Of a stretch of 64,000 nt of DNA, positions 10,770 through 20,528 are shown in pieces. The DNA comes from Methanomicrobia archaeon. Lineage in GTDB: Archaea; Halobacteriota; Syntropharchaeia; Alkanophagales; Methanospirareceae. How positions within the stretch are numbered: the stretch's first letter is position 1; the number at the start of each line of letters is the position of its first letter. Under the pieces are notes generated by a model. The model was not told the origin of the DNA, searched no databases, and saw only the letters and a list, made by a program, of their open reading frames with translations. The stretch covers positions 14,989-78,988 of the forward strand of contig JAFGHB010000022.1 in the NCBI GenBank assembly GCA_016930255.1, written 5' to 3'. Made by a program: the position numbers and the translations under genes.

Positions 10770-10883
10770 TGAGTGTTTTTATTAGATATGAGAAAAATAT
10801 AATTTTTTGAAAAATAAATATGTAGTTGAGATCGATAACTTTTAAATATCATTAAGTTTATATCTTTAGCATAGTGTTTTGAA

Positions 10884-11912
10884 ATGATAGAAAACGAAGA
10901 GTGGGACTTTAAAGAGTTTACGCCAGCTATTGCTTTATTAGTAGGTATTTCTGCAGTTTTGTTTAAAATAACAGAATACTTTAACACTAATATTGTAAAT
11001 TTAAGTAATCCTGCACTAATATCAGTTTATCTTTTGGTTTCCGTTTTAATCAGTGAAATTTTAATTATTTCGTTATTTATTTTAACGAAAGGGTATATGA
11101 TAGCGGCAAAGGATGAAGAATTGAAAGTATTAAGAAGAATAAATGCAATTTTAAACCGATGGCTGTTTGTTATTCCTATTTTTGTAATTATTTATTCATT
11201 TTTAAGCGTATTTTACCTTTTCGTTACAAGAAACTGGCAAGGTAACATAATCGGCTACTTTGATAGTTATTCTTGGTTGATGTTCTTTTTGGTTTCTGTA
11301 TTCATTTCCGCCATTCTGTTTACAGACATATATGAGAAGTTTAAGCTTTTATCATTTCAGTATTCAAAATATCTAGTAAAAAAGAAAATTAGATCTTTAG
11401 GTCACATATTCCAATCACCAGAAGATTTAAATAAATCAAATTTTGCTATAATTTTAACCTTATTATTCTATGCTTTTTTATTAATACTTATTCCTTTTGT
11501 ATTAATTATAATACCTACATTTTTGTTATGCGGCTCGTACTCGATCGAAATAGCAAATGCCTCCTATTCTTGCACTGATGAAATGATGGTGACGATATAT
11601 GATACGGGTGTGCCCTCATCAAGGTGTTATATCTCGTTATATAATTTGACAAACTCTAACGAGATATTCTTTGATAATAAGGACGATATAACAATTGAAG
11701 AATCCGGAAAAAATGAATCTCATAATGGATTTATGACTGGCGAGAAGAGAGATGGGATATATTATTTGTCTATAAATACTTCTAGTCTTGTTCCAAACTA
11801 TTATCTCTTAAAGTCCGAAGTAACGTACAATGATTTTCGAAACTTTGCCTTATTAAGAGCTACTAAACGAGACCATAAGTTGTTTTATCTTGCGCCTAAA
11901 AATATTAGTTGA
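10884..11912 (+). CDS. hypothetical multi-pass membrane protein encoded on a markedly AT-rich segment
   Basis: The 342-aa ORF is rich in I/L/F/K/N. The gene and its 110-nt upstream region are visibly more AT-rich than the flanking genes. Confidence 0.5.
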   Translation: MIENEEWDFKEFTPAIALLVGISAVLFKITEYFNTNIVNLSNPALISVYLLVSVLISEILIISLFILTKGYMIAAKDEELKVLRRINAILNRWLFVIPIFVIIYSFLSVFYLFVTRNWQGNIIGYFDSYSWLMFFLVSVFISAILFTDIYEKFKLLSFQYSKYLVKKKIRSLGHIFQSPEDLNKSNFAIILTLLFYAFLLILIPFVLIIIPTFLLCGSYSIEIANASYSCTDEMMVTIYDTGVPSSRCYISLYNLTNSNEIFFDNKDDITIEESGKNESHNGFMTGEKRDGIYYLSINTSSLVPNYYLLKSEVTYNDFRNFALLRATKRDHKLFYLAPKNIS

Positions 11913-11937
11913 AGTGCATTTCCCCAGAAAATCGAAA

Positions 11938-12855
11938 CTACCACACCCGCGCCGCCCGTTGCGCCAGCTCGTTCGCATCTTGCGCCTCGCGCAGCATGCT
12001 TTCATCCAGAAACAAATAAGCAGCTCGCTTGTTGTAGTACGGCGCGCCCTTTCTCGAAAACACCGTCAAAACCTTGCCGTCGTGGTTCACTGCAACACCT
12101 TCACATTGGTAGTGACTTCGTATGACCGTCTTCACTCCCGCCATACTGAGAAATGCGTCCGTCGTCGTCTTCCCAAAGAGCATCCCGGCACCGCGTACTG
12201 ACTCGAAACAGCCGTTGCCCTCGATCGGGTCGTTCCAGAGCAGCTCCTTGAACGTGCTCGTTCCCGGATGTCTCTCGCGTGCGCGCGCAATCTCATCGAG
12301 CGAGGTTATCACGCAAGGCACGCCGCCGTGCATCATCATATACCGTCCCGTAACCAGTACCGCGTAGGGTAAATACGACCACAGCTCTTTGAGGGCCCTG
12401 TAGAGATCCTTGCCCTGCTCACCAAAGCGCTTGACAAAGAACAAAGGCAGTTCATGGGGTCTGAACATCATATCCGGCGGGCCTTCGTGGTTGCCGCGCA
12501 GCAGTACCACGCGTTCACCTTTGCCTGCGAACAACTTCAACCTCAAGACCACATAGTACATCGCAACGCTTTCATCGCCCCGATCGCCGTAATCGCCCAA
12601 AAAGATAATTCGATCCGCGTTTAAAACCTCCTGCTGCTTCAGTATATGCATCAGGCTATCCAGATCGCCGTGGAGATCGCCGATAACGACCATACTTGTC
12701 ACCGTGTGAGGGTCGATGCGCACCAATCCGCCCCCCTTGCGAGCACCCAACTCTTCACGCAATCGATCCTTCGCTTCCGTAATCAGTGCCGCAAACTCCT
12801 CCGCAGACGCCTTGAACGCCTGCTTCACCCATTCATCAACTTCCTCTGCCTTCAT
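11938..12855 (-). CDS. serine/threonine protein phosphatase, PPP-family metallophosphoesterase
   Basis: GDLHGD, GDYGDRG, GNHE and HGG motifs typical of PPP (PP1/PP2A-like) phosphatases. Confidence 0.8.
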   Translation of the reverse strand: MKAEEVDEWVKQAFKASAEEFAALITEAKDRLREELGARKGGGLVRIDPHTVTSMVVIGDLHGDLDSLMHILKQQEVLNADRIIFLGDYGDRGDESVAMYYVVLRLKLFAGKGERVVLLRGNHEGPPDMMFRPHELPLFFVKRFGEQGKDLYRALKELWSYLPYAVLVTGRYMMMHGGVPCVITSLDEIARARERHPGTSTFKELLWNDPIEGNGCFESVRGAGMLFGKTTTDAFLSMAGVKTVIRSHYQCEGVAVNHDGKVLTVFSRKGAPYYNKRAAYLFLDESMLREAQDANELAQRAARVW

Positions 12856-12945
12856 TTCATAGTCGTTACGTATGTATACCGGAATGTGGATTTTTCTGCC
12901 CGAACAATAAATAATATTCGCGTGAGTCGTAAAGGTGTTTGTGGT

Positions 12946-14160
12946 ATGGCTATGGCCGAGTCAGCATCAAGCCGAGAACCGAAAGCGCAGCGAAACGGTC
13001 AATTGCTCTTATTCTCCACGCTCTTCCTCGTCTACAGCGTCGTTATTGGCGCGGTCATCACGATTCATCCCCTGTATCTGGAGCACTTTCTCGAAAAGCC
13101 GGAATTAGTAGGGCTCGTTGCGGCGCTCTCCTCGCTTGCCGGGATGCTCTTCAGCCTTCCCGCTGGTGTGCTCGCCGACAAACTCGGCCGGAAACGCTTG
13201 CTAATTGCTTCGTTCTTGCTCCTCGCGGCCGTACTTGTGGCGTTTTTCATCAATACAAGCCTGTACGCGTTAATCGGACTGCAACTAGCATTTGGGATGG
13301 CCATGGCGCCCGCATGGGTGATCAGCGAGGCGTTTATCAAGGATATTTCACCGAAAGGCCGGCGAGGCGAGTTCAGGTCCTTCTTTGGCACCTTCGCCAA
13401 TGCCGGCCTGTTTACAGGCCCCATCATCGGAGGGTTCCTCGCGGACCGATTCGCACTACGAACCCCGTATATCTTCTCCGCGCTGCTGCTCCTTGCGTCC
13501 TTAACACTGATCCTCAAATTACGCGATAATACCGGTAATCGGCGTGGAAACACCACTAACAACGAAACAGGTAAGGACGAATTGTTAGCAGTACTCAAAG
13601 AGTTCCGGGCGCATCGAGAGCTTATGGTTCTGGCGCTCTGCACCGTTGCACTCTTCTTCTGGTATTCTGCTCGCTGGGTCTTCGGGCCGCTGTTCCTCGA
13701 ACGCCTGGGCTACAGCCCCTTTATCATCGGGCTCTGGATCGGTGTTTCCGGCGCTCCGTACCTCTTTTTCCAAATACCGCTGGGTAAATTAGGCGATAAA
13801 ATCGGGAAAACCAGACTGATCTGTCTTGGCTTCGCTATCTCGACGATATTCATTATTCCCTTAGGATTCCTGCAGTCGCTTCCCAGCCTCTTACTAACCG
13901 TCTTTATCATATCGCTCGGCACGACCCTGGTCGAGCCGTTACTCGAGGCGCGCGTCACGGATATCGTGCCACGGGAACGATATGGTGCTTACTCCGGCAT
14001 CTTCGAACTTGCCAAGACCACCGGGGTCATGATAGGCCCGGTAAGTTCATCGCTCTTCGTTTTCCTGTTCGGCATCTCGTATTCCTTCTTACCCGCCGTT
14101 ATCTTCTTCATCCTGACCCTAGCACTTTTTCTCTACACGCGCCAATCGGTATGTACGTAA
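12946..14160 (+). CDS. MFS transporter
   Basis: Twelve predicted TM helices and the MFS signature LADKLGRKRLL between TM2 and TM3. The track ORF starts at 12646 but that start overlaps the phosphatase; an in-frame ATG at 12946 is the likely start. Confidence 0.8.
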   Translation: MAMAESASSREPKAQRNGQLLLFSTLFLVYSVVIGAVITIHPLYLEHFLEKPELVGLVAALSSLAGMLFSLPAGVLADKLGRKRLLIASFLLLAAVLVAFFINTSLYALIGLQLAFGMAMAPAWVISEAFIKDISPKGRRGEFRSFFGTFANAGLFTGPIIGGFLADRFALRTPYIFSALLLLASLTLILKLRDNTGNRRGNTTNNETGKDELLAVLKEFRAHRELMVLALCTVALFFWYSARWVFGPLFLERLGYSPFIIGLWIGVSGAPYLFFQIPLGKLGDKIGKTRLICLGFAISTIFIIPLGFLQSLPSLLLTVFIISLGTTLVEPLLEARVTDIVPRERYGAYSGIFELAKTTGVMIGPVSSSLFVFLFGISYSFLPAVIFFILTLALFLYTRQSVCT

Positions 14161-14216
14161 CGTAGAGCATAACCGTGCCGAAGAACGCGTTAAGCCATGA
14201 ATGGATTGAGTCCACT

Positions 14217-14771
14217 ATGCAACTAGGAAGAACCGGAATAACCGGAAAACCGAGGATCGGGAAGTCAACGATCATCAAGGAAGTGATACGGCGATTGAAG
14301 ACCGAAGGTATAGCGGTAGGTGGCATGCTCACAGCCGACATCCACGAAGGGGGGCGACGGGTCGGGTTCTCCATCGAGGATATACGCACGGGCGAGACGG
14401 GCATTCTGGCGCACGTGCAGCTCCACCGGCACGGCCCAAAGGTAGGCAAGTACACCGTCAATCTCACCGATTTGGATGCTATCGGTGCGCATTCGATAAC
14501 CTCTGCGCTTTTACAATCCGAACCGCAGATACTCATCATAGATGAAATCGGCCCGATGGAATTGAAGTCCACGCGCTTCCTCGACGCGGTAGAAAACGCA
14601 CTGAGCAGTAATAAACAGCTCATTGTTACCGTGCATCAGCGCTCAGCGCACGACTTGGTACGGCGGATAAAGAGCACGTTCGAGATACTGGAAATTACTG
14701 AAGCGAACCGAGAGGAAATGGTGACAGTAATCCTGAAGATGGGGGAGAACAGTCTTAATGGAGAGGGCTAG
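14217..14771 (+). CDS. nucleoside-triphosphatase THEP1 family (COG1618)
   Basis: Walker A GKPRIGKST, Walker B LIIDEIGPME, and the ~180-aa size typical of archaeal THEP1 NTPases. The ORF extends upstream to 14175. Confidence 0.65.
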   Translation: MQLGRTGITGKPRIGKSTIIKEVIRRLKTEGIAVGGMLTADIHEGGRRVGFSIEDIRTGETGILAHVQLHRHGPKVGKYTVNLTDLDAIGAHSITSALLQSEPQILIIDEIGPMELKSTRFLDAVENALSSNKQLIVTVHQRSAHDLVRRIKSTFEILEITEANREEMVTVILKMGENSLNGEG

Positions 14772-15015
14772 GGGCAAATCGCACGTCACCATACACTCTG
14801 AATAACCCCAGTTGCACATAAAGTCGGCTTTCAGTATCGCACAAATTTGCCGTCAGTTGTGCTCGTGAGGATAGAATTTGGAGTATCGCTAAACCCCAAC
14901 CAAAATTACCGTCAATTTTTGGGTTTGGCGTCTCATAAATATCCCCCGCCCTCAACACGAGAGAATGCCCTAAACTTCTCCATAGCTCTTCTTTGCTATT
15001 TTTTCCATCTCGCTC

Positions 15016-15288
15016 TTATTTTAAAACGTAACCGATGATTGCACCAAAAATCCCGTAAACTACTGCTGAGATGATTAACTCGCAGTGTGGGTACATAAAC
15101 AATGAGCTGATATAGCCTAAACCAAAACGAGCGAAGAAACGCACTAAAAATAGTGAGATGGCACTAATATGTCCTGTTACCAATGTGATAGCTGTACCAA
15201 TCACGCCGACTGCACCGCCTATTATCGCGCCTATCTGCCACGATTTCAACTTTTTTAACCAATATCTCTTTCCCATTTTAGCCCTCAA
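15016..15288 (-). CDS. small membrane protein, hypothetical
   Basis: 90 aa, two hydrophobic helices, overlaps the upstream gene by 11 nt. Confidence 0.35.
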   Translation of the reverse strand: MRAKMGKRYWLKKLKSWQIGAIIGGAVGVIGTAITLVTGHISAISLFLVRFFARFGLGYISSLFMYPHCELIISAVVYGIFGAIIGYVLK

Positions 15289-15802
15289 GAAGATCAGGAT
15301 AAGCTCTGATCACAGTGCTCTCAGCTTTTAATAGGTTCAGTGTGTCTTCGATCTCTTTATACTGCACATTCTCATCAAATTCGATGTATATCCATTCAAC
15401 TTCTTTTGCCTCCAGCGAGTATTTATCAAGATGCTCTTGAAGTTCCGTTATACTATATTCTCTATCATCTTTACCGAAACAATTTTCGAAGAAAACAAAT
15501 ATGTCTTCATCTTCCCGTTTTACTGCCGTGAGTTCTATCCGTTCCTCTTCCAATAAAGTCTCCTTTAACGTGTTAAACTCGGCCACGGGGATTACGGCGT
15601 AATAAAGCGGGCTGATCCAGTATACTCTTTTTGCGGTAAATGATACCGGTAGGTTCTCGCGCAAAAGCTCTTCGGTCCCAGACGTAATGTTATCATCTTT
15701 CAAACCTAAACGAATCCCACCAGCGTAAAGTCTACCCTCATACGTGTTCACTGCTATCACCCAAATAACGGCTGCTATGAGTACCAACACTACTACAATC
15801 AC
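15278..15802 (-). CDS. hypothetical N-terminally membrane-anchored protein
   Basis: 174 aa with one N-terminal TM helix followed by an acidic extracytoplasmic domain. Confidence 0.45.
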   Translation of the reverse strand: MIVVVLVLIAAVIWVIAVNTYEGRLYAGGIRLGLKDDNITSGTEELLRENLPVSFTAKRVYWISPLYYAVIPVAEFNTLKETLLEEERIELTAVKREDEDIFVFFENCFGKDDREYSITELQEHLDKYSLEAKEVEWIYIEFDENVQYKEIEDTLNLLKAESTVIRAYPDLLEG

Positions 15803-15893
15803 TAGATTTTTTTGTTCATGCCCTTTAATCCGCCTATCTTTACCTATTTCTTCTTCTCACTATATACCTGAACCAATAACGCCAATCGCACTC

Positions 15894-16313
15894 CTATCCC
15901 CGTCGCCTTCCACGGTATTTTACGAAAACTACCACCAACGATAGAAACACACATCCTGCCAGAATCCATAATAATATCGTTGTATTCGTAAAAATATCGT
16001 AAAAAGTATCACATAGTGATGGTTCGGGGCTTTCAGCCACGATAATCTCCCAACCATCGATCATCTCGTGGTGTAACCGCTCGTTCTCTGGTGTACGCTC
16101 GTAAACCCAGAGGGTAACTCTATATATTGACCTGTCTATGTCAGACGCAGCGATTTTCATCTCAGGGTCCTCTTTCCAGTTCTCTATTTGATCCCTGATC
16201 CAGGCTGCTTCTTCATCAGTTGCCGGTTCCGGAGCTAAGGTGGGTGCTGAACCGAGAGCGATACCTGTTGCTAGCACTGCTAAGATGATACCAATCGCAC
16301 ATAGCTCTTTCAT
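15894..16313 (-). CDS. small secreted/membrane-anchored protein. It carries the same C-terminal domain as the 16685-17629 gene product.
   Basis: Signal peptide, then MKIAASDIDRSIYRVTLWVYERTPENERLHHEMIDGWEIIVAE, then a C-terminal TM helix plus RGRRRG. The domain is shared with the 16685-17629 gene. Confidence 0.5.
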   Translation of the reverse strand: MKELCAIGIILAVLATGIALGSAPTLAPEPATDEEAAWIRDQIENWKEDPEMKIAASDIDRSIYRVTLWVYERTPENERLHHEMIDGWEIIVAESPEPSLCDTFYDIFTNTTILLWILAGCVFLSLVVVFVKYRGRRRG

Positions 16314-16400
16314 CTTCTTCTATCACTCCCTAATGTTTTATAAGTGCTTATTATTTACCTTATGTTTATTTTTGTTGATATTACTCTCATCCTCTTTATT

Positions 16401-16440
16401 TCTATAAAAAGGGAAAAAAGCTAACCTCTAAAGAGGTTAG
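16401..16440 (-). terminator. intrinsic-terminator-like hairpin followed by a T-tract (minus-strand sense)
   Basis: Perfect 10-bp inverted repeat GCTAACCTCT-AA-AGAGGTTAGC at 16419-16440, followed on the minus strand by TTTTTTCCCTTTTT. It lies downstream of the 16685-17629 gene. Confidence 0.5.
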
Positions 16441-16516
16441 CAAAAATTGTCGTAGCTCCTTACCCCCGATGTTTTAAAGTATCATTCATTTTTTCTCTTT
16501 GTGTCTTCTTATTCCA

Positions 16517-16640
16517 TTGGTCTGGTAGAGTCTTCGGCCACAATGATGTTCCAGCCATCGATCATCTCGCCGTGTAATCGCTCGTTCTCTGGTGTACGCT
16601 CATAAACTCAAAGGACAACCATCTTTTCCGCGTGATATAT
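16517..16640 (-). pseudogene. decayed fragment of the paralogous secreted-protein C-terminal domain
   Basis: The minus-strand translation ...VYERTPENERLHGEMIDGWNIIVAEDSTRPME is homologous to the C-terminal domain of the two flanking genes. It has an in-frame TGA in place of the conserved Trp and no start codon. Confidence 0.45.
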
Positions 16641-16684
16641 TGCAGTCGTGCTAATTCGCGTCTCCAGCATTTCTTATAATTCCC

Positions 16685-17629
16685 CTATTGCATCATATTT
16701 GTCTCAGCGGTGATCTCTGGTGACTTTTGGTCTTCTGCCACAATTATTTCCCATCCATCGATCATCTTTCTATGCAGTTGTTGGTTCTCCGATGTACGCT
16801 CATAAACCCACAGAGTAACTCTTTTTATCCCTCGGTCTATGTCCCATGCAGCAATTTGCATTTTGGGATTCTCTTTTAGGTCTTTTATCTTGGATTTCAT
16901 CAAAGCTACGTCATCATCGGTCACTTGAGCCAAACTTATCTTACTACTTGATACGTTACAATTTTCATCTATATACCAGGAATAAGAGGTAGTCGCATCT
17001 ATGTTGTCGCAACCGACATCGTTAGTGCTCTGAACTAAAACATACGTATCGTCCGTATCAGTGCCACAGGGCATCTGCCAATCCCCAGGCTCGATATCGT
17101 CCTCTCTATACTGAAAGAACCGCCAGTTATCAAAGTCACTCGTGCTGCCTCCCTCGTGCTCTGCGCAGACCGCATGATAAAATTCGAGATCGTTATTCCC
17201 TATGTAAGTATAATACACCGGGTCATCCTGACTTCCGTCATCCCAATCGGGATAGCAGTGCTCTGGATAAATGGCACTCCATTGCCAATAGCACTGCTCT
17301 ATTTCATCCTCAAAAGCCGGCGCGTATTGACTCTCTCCTGACCACCGTATAATCGCATTGTGCCTACACACTGCATCATTCCAGCTTTCCGATCCTCCCT
17401 GGCAATCGGATTGTCCACCTCGATAGTCCTCTATTACACCGGTCACGTATCCCCTAGATTCAATATCTAGATTTTCATCGATTACCTTACCGCCACATCC
17501 ACATCCTTCACATTCTGCTTCGGCTGTTTGGGAATCTCCTAGATAGAGTTGTGTAGATCCTAGAGCTACACCTGTTGCTATCACTACTAAAACACCAATC
17601 GTCCAAATCTTAGTCATCATTTTTTCCAC
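16685..17629 (-). CDS. Cys-rich acidic secreted protein with a C-terminal DIDR...LWVYERT...MIDGWEIIVAE domain
   Basis: Signal peptide (KIWTIGVLVVIATGVALGS), many Cys (CEGCGCGG...), and a C-terminal domain paralogous to the 15894-16313 product. It lies immediately downstream of conserved leader element copy A. Confidence 0.5.
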   Translation of the reverse strand: MEKMMTKIWTIGVLVVIATGVALGSTQLYLGDSQTAEAECEGCGCGGKVIDENLDIESRGYVTGVIEDYRGGQSDCQGGSESWNDAVCRHNAIIRWSGESQYAPAFEDEIEQCYWQWSAIYPEHCYPDWDDGSQDDPVYYTYIGNNDLEFYHAVCAEHEGGSTSDFDNWRFFQYREDDIEPGDWQMPCGTDTDDTYVLVQSTNDVGCDNIDATTSYSWYIDENCNVSSSKISLAQVTDDDVALMKSKIKDLKENPKMQIAAWDIDRGIKRVTLWVYERTSENQQLHRKMIDGWEIIVAEDQKSPEITAETNMMQ

Positions 17630-17640
17630 ATCACCCCCTA

Positions 17641-18045
17641 ACTTTTTTGGGTACTTATAAAGCGCCCCTCCTCGGCGCTTCGCCTTCCTTCTGCGGCTTT
17701 TCGCCCGTCAGGGATTCGCACCCTGTACGGGCCTCTCCTGCTTTTTTCTACACCTCATCTTCGCGCTCCTGAGCGCGAAATGTTGTGAGTTGTTTCAGCT
17801 TTAACTTAGTTAATAACCTATAGCACATTTATTATTAACCGTTGCCAATATTGCCGAAGGAAATCAATATTAGCTAACGCTGTCAGTGATCTGCACACCA
17901 AATAAGTTTCCTATAATCAGCCACGAGACTATCTCTGAGGAATCGGCCGATTCACAGAGGATCTTGGTGATCCCCATAGATTTCACCTTTAGAAGGAGGG
18001 AGGATAATTAACAAGCTTTCTTTCCTTTCCGCTTCCATAAAATTA
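17641..18045 (-). repeat. conserved leader element, copy A: promoter, structured 5' UTR and RBS shared by four operons
   Basis: Near-identical over ~200 nt to the copies at 20150, 22281 and 23645, and a further ~200 nt are shared with the 23645 copy. It contains the hairpin GCCCGTCAGGGATTCGCACCCTGTACGGGC (17703-17732), the palindrome TCGCGCTCCTGAGCGCGA, and GCGCC-CCTCCTC-GGCGC. The last reads, in mRNA sense, as an SD-like GAGGAGG in a hairpin loop. Confidence 0.7.
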
Positions 18046-18172
18046 TCCACCTTTGCTGCTCAAGCGCCCCTCCTCGACGCTCACTAATCACATCGTTCAA
18101 CCCCTGATAAAACCATCTTTTCGTTCACATTCGCCGAACGAAAAGCGAAGGTTTAAATAAAAATTGTATTTT

Positions 18173-19006
18173 CTACTCTTCACTGGCTGGTGAAGGAGTC
18201 AAAAGCGATTTCTCCCATTGATGCCCAACGTTGATAACTTCCCCCTGTTCAATGTCAACGAAAACCATTAATGTGACATTTCCTATTTTTATCGGAACTA
18301 CCGGGACTTCACCTGAAAAGTTCTCTTCGGGACCCGCTATCTCAATATGTGCTTTGCTTACATCCCCTATTTCGTATTCCTTGTTACGTATTTCTGCCCT
18401 AACCCGTTCATCCTTTAATGCAATTGCTATTGCATATCCCCTATCTTCTTCGCTTAAGTCGTGCTGCGGAGGCATCTCACCGTGCGTCAGATCTATTTCC
18501 GTAGCTAGCCCCCCGAAACGCTCCCATCGCCATTCTCCGTAATAAGGGTGCGGGGTAGCAAAATATCTTTTCCAATGAGCTTCTACTTGCACATCGTAGC
18601 TTTTACCGGCTTTTAAATCGAACGTATACTCAAAATGATAGGGTTGTCGATACTGTAACGTTATGTTTTCTGAGGAAGTTACCTCACGATCTCTACTATT
18701 AGGCACTCCAGCAAGCACGAGAATTCTCACGGGTAGGTCATCAGGCAGTGGTTCATCTTTGCTTGAACTTGAATACAGTGAGGAATCTTTATAGCGATAG
18801 GTAACATCTCCGGATAACGCCACCCGGTCCGTCGTTTCGTTGATACGAGTAACGTCCGTCCAGTTTAAATGCTCGATGTAGATATTACTATCTGGATTAC
18901 TGATTATGATGAGGTTCGTATGGAATAAAAGAAGATAGAGGACAATCAATACCGGAACGCCAACGGCAATGATTGCCTCAATGATATTCTTATTTCTTGT
19001 TCTCAT
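18173..19006 (-). CDS. hypothetical membrane-anchored protein; second gene of the peptidase operon
   Basis: 277 aa with one N-terminal TM helix. It overlaps the upstream peptidase gene by 17 nt. Confidence 0.45.
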   Translation of the reverse strand: MRTRNKNIIEAIIAVGVPVLIVLYLLLFHTNLIIISNPDSNIYIEHLNWTDVTRINETTDRVALSGDVTYRYKDSSLYSSSSKDEPLPDDLPVRILVLAGVPNSRDREVTSSENITLQYRQPYHFEYTFDLKAGKSYDVQVEAHWKRYFATPHPYYGEWRWERFGGLATEIDLTHGEMPPQHDLSEEDRGYAIAIALKDERVRAEIRNKEYEIGDVSKAHIEIAGPEENFSGEVPVVPIKIGNVTLMVFVDIEQGEVINVGHQWEKSLLTPSPASEE

Positions 19007-20138
19007 TTTTACTCTTCTGTTCCTTAACAGACGTAAACGTATCCGTTAGACCACTCGTCATCTCCGCATATATTCTCGTATACATTCTCTTCGAAGTTAA
19101 AAGATGCCTGCCTTGCCAATCGTACCATGACATCAAGTTTGTGCCCGTCCAGGTATTTGGGTCCCACAACGCGAAATTTTGCTGAGTGTCGTGATACCCA
19201 CGTACAACAACGGCATGACAGTTCCCCCACTGGCTCTCCTCGGTTATATAAAGTGGCCATTCGGTGTTTATTCTCTGCATTACGTGATTTATAGTACTCA
19301 GTAGTGAGCCCTGGTAATCGCCTTTATAGCAAGGAACATCGACTTCGTCGAAGTAAAGTTCTGCTTCTGTGGGAGACATCGGAGCATAACCATTCCATAC
19401 CCAAATGTCCCAGATATCTGGAGAATTGCTATTCCAATACTCTTCAAGCATTGCCGCACAGGTCTCACCACACGCTCTGCTGGCAGCATCGTAACCATGT
19501 CCATCGTAATACAACTCCCACTGACTACGCTGTGGTACATCAAGATATTTAGATCCTCTTGCGTCCATTGGTTGATCTGGATCATGAACGACCTCATCAA
19601 TCAGACCGTCTGAAGTACCGCGAAAAGCTACCTCATACTTCGTCTCATCAATAACTACTGATCCATGCAAGCCCCCGATACTATCTTCGAAGAATTCACC
19701 TTTGAGGGAAATCTGATTGCTCTTGTCGCTTAATTCGACGGCACACGCATACATTCTTGTAGCACCTTCATATCTTGTCATCGTTTTACCATGGAGATCC
19801 CTGTAAATCGGCTTAGCATCTTTGGGGACATTCCATCCCACGAAAATTTTCTCTGCTTTCCCTTCAAGATCCACGGCGTATGGCGTATCATCAATGGTAA
19901 TTGTACCTGCGAGCAAAAGGCAATTCTTCCCATCAATGGTACCGGATAGATACGCCTGAGCTGTTCTGTCCCCAGAAGGCTCGATTACTAGACCTCCTGG
20001 CTTATCTAAGCATAAAGTAATCTGCTTGCTTGTAGTAGCAGTTGATGCCGCATATTCTTTGGTCTGATCCTGAGCTATGGCCAGCCCGACACTGCATATC
20101 AGTATCCCTATTACGCCTATTACCCATATCTTCTTCAT
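18990..20138 (-). CDS. secreted papain-like cysteine peptidase, C39-like (Peptidase_C39_2-type)
   Basis: Signal peptide. The catalytic-Cys motif CGETCAAMLEEYW and the downstream His motif GNCHAVVVRGY resemble C39-like peptidase domains. Confidence 0.55.
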   Translation of the reverse strand: MKKIWVIGVIGILICSVGLAIAQDQTKEYAASTATTSKQITLCLDKPGGLVIEPSGDRTAQAYLSGTIDGKNCLLLAGTITIDDTPYAVDLEGKAEKIFVGWNVPKDAKPIYRDLHGKTMTRYEGATRMYACAVELSDKSNQISLKGEFFEDSIGGLHGSVVIDETKYEVAFRGTSDGLIDEVVHDPDQPMDARGSKYLDVPQRSQWELYYDGHGYDAASRACGETCAAMLEEYWNSNSPDIWDIWVWNGYAPMSPTEAELYFDEVDVPCYKGDYQGSLLSTINHVMQRINTEWPLYITEESQWGNCHAVVVRGYHDTQQNFALWDPNTWTGTNLMSWYDWQGRHLLTSKRMYTRIYAEMTSGLTDTFTSVKEQKSKNENKK

Positions 20139-20149
20139 CTTCTTCTAGC

Positions 20150-20460
20150 ACTTCCTAATTTTTGGTATTTCGCAAGCGCCCCTCCTCGGTGCCGCGCTTT
20201 CCTTCTTCGCCTTTTCGCCCGTCAGGGATTCGCACCCTGTACGGGCCTCTCCTGCTTTTTTCTACACCTCGTCTTCGCGCTCAGGAGCGCGAAATGCTGT
20301 GGCTTGTTTCAGCTTTAGATGATGAAATAATCTATAGCATATTTATTATTAACTGTGTTCGATATTACCGATAGAACTCAATATTAGCGAGTGCTTGCGG
20401 TGACCTGTACGTCAAACGAGTTCCTTATAATCTAGTGCATATTCTTTCAAACCTTTTTGA
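20150..20460 (-). repeat. conserved leader element, copy B
   Basis: Same GC-rich core as copies A and D, including the GCCCGTCAGGGATTCGCACCCTGTACGGGC hairpin and the TCGCGCTCAGGAGCGCGA palindrome (its centre is inverted relative to copy A). It sits directly 5' of the peptidase gene. Confidence 0.7.
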
Positions 20461-20528
20461 CGCTTTTTGAATGACGTCCGGTGAAAAAACGTTCGCCAAT
20501 CGAGTGATAGGAAAAATAAAAGGGGGAG

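Noticed and set aside
12646-12945. N-terminal 100 codons of the track ORF for the MFS transporter
   Set aside because: The extension overlaps the convergent phosphatase gene by 210 nt. The in-frame ATG at 12946 (MAMAESAS...) gives a normal MFS N-terminus.
13065-13643. 192-aa minus-strand ORF (likewise 12939-13529 on the plus strand)
   Set aside because: It is embedded in the MFS transporter gene, Arg/Ser-rich, and has no start context. It is a spurious alternative frame.
17700-17760. A 16-codon upstream ORF (MRCRKKQERPVQGANP) in leader copy A
   Set aside because: Its ATG is ACG in copies B and D, so it is not conserved. The conservation is better explained at the RNA/DNA structure level.
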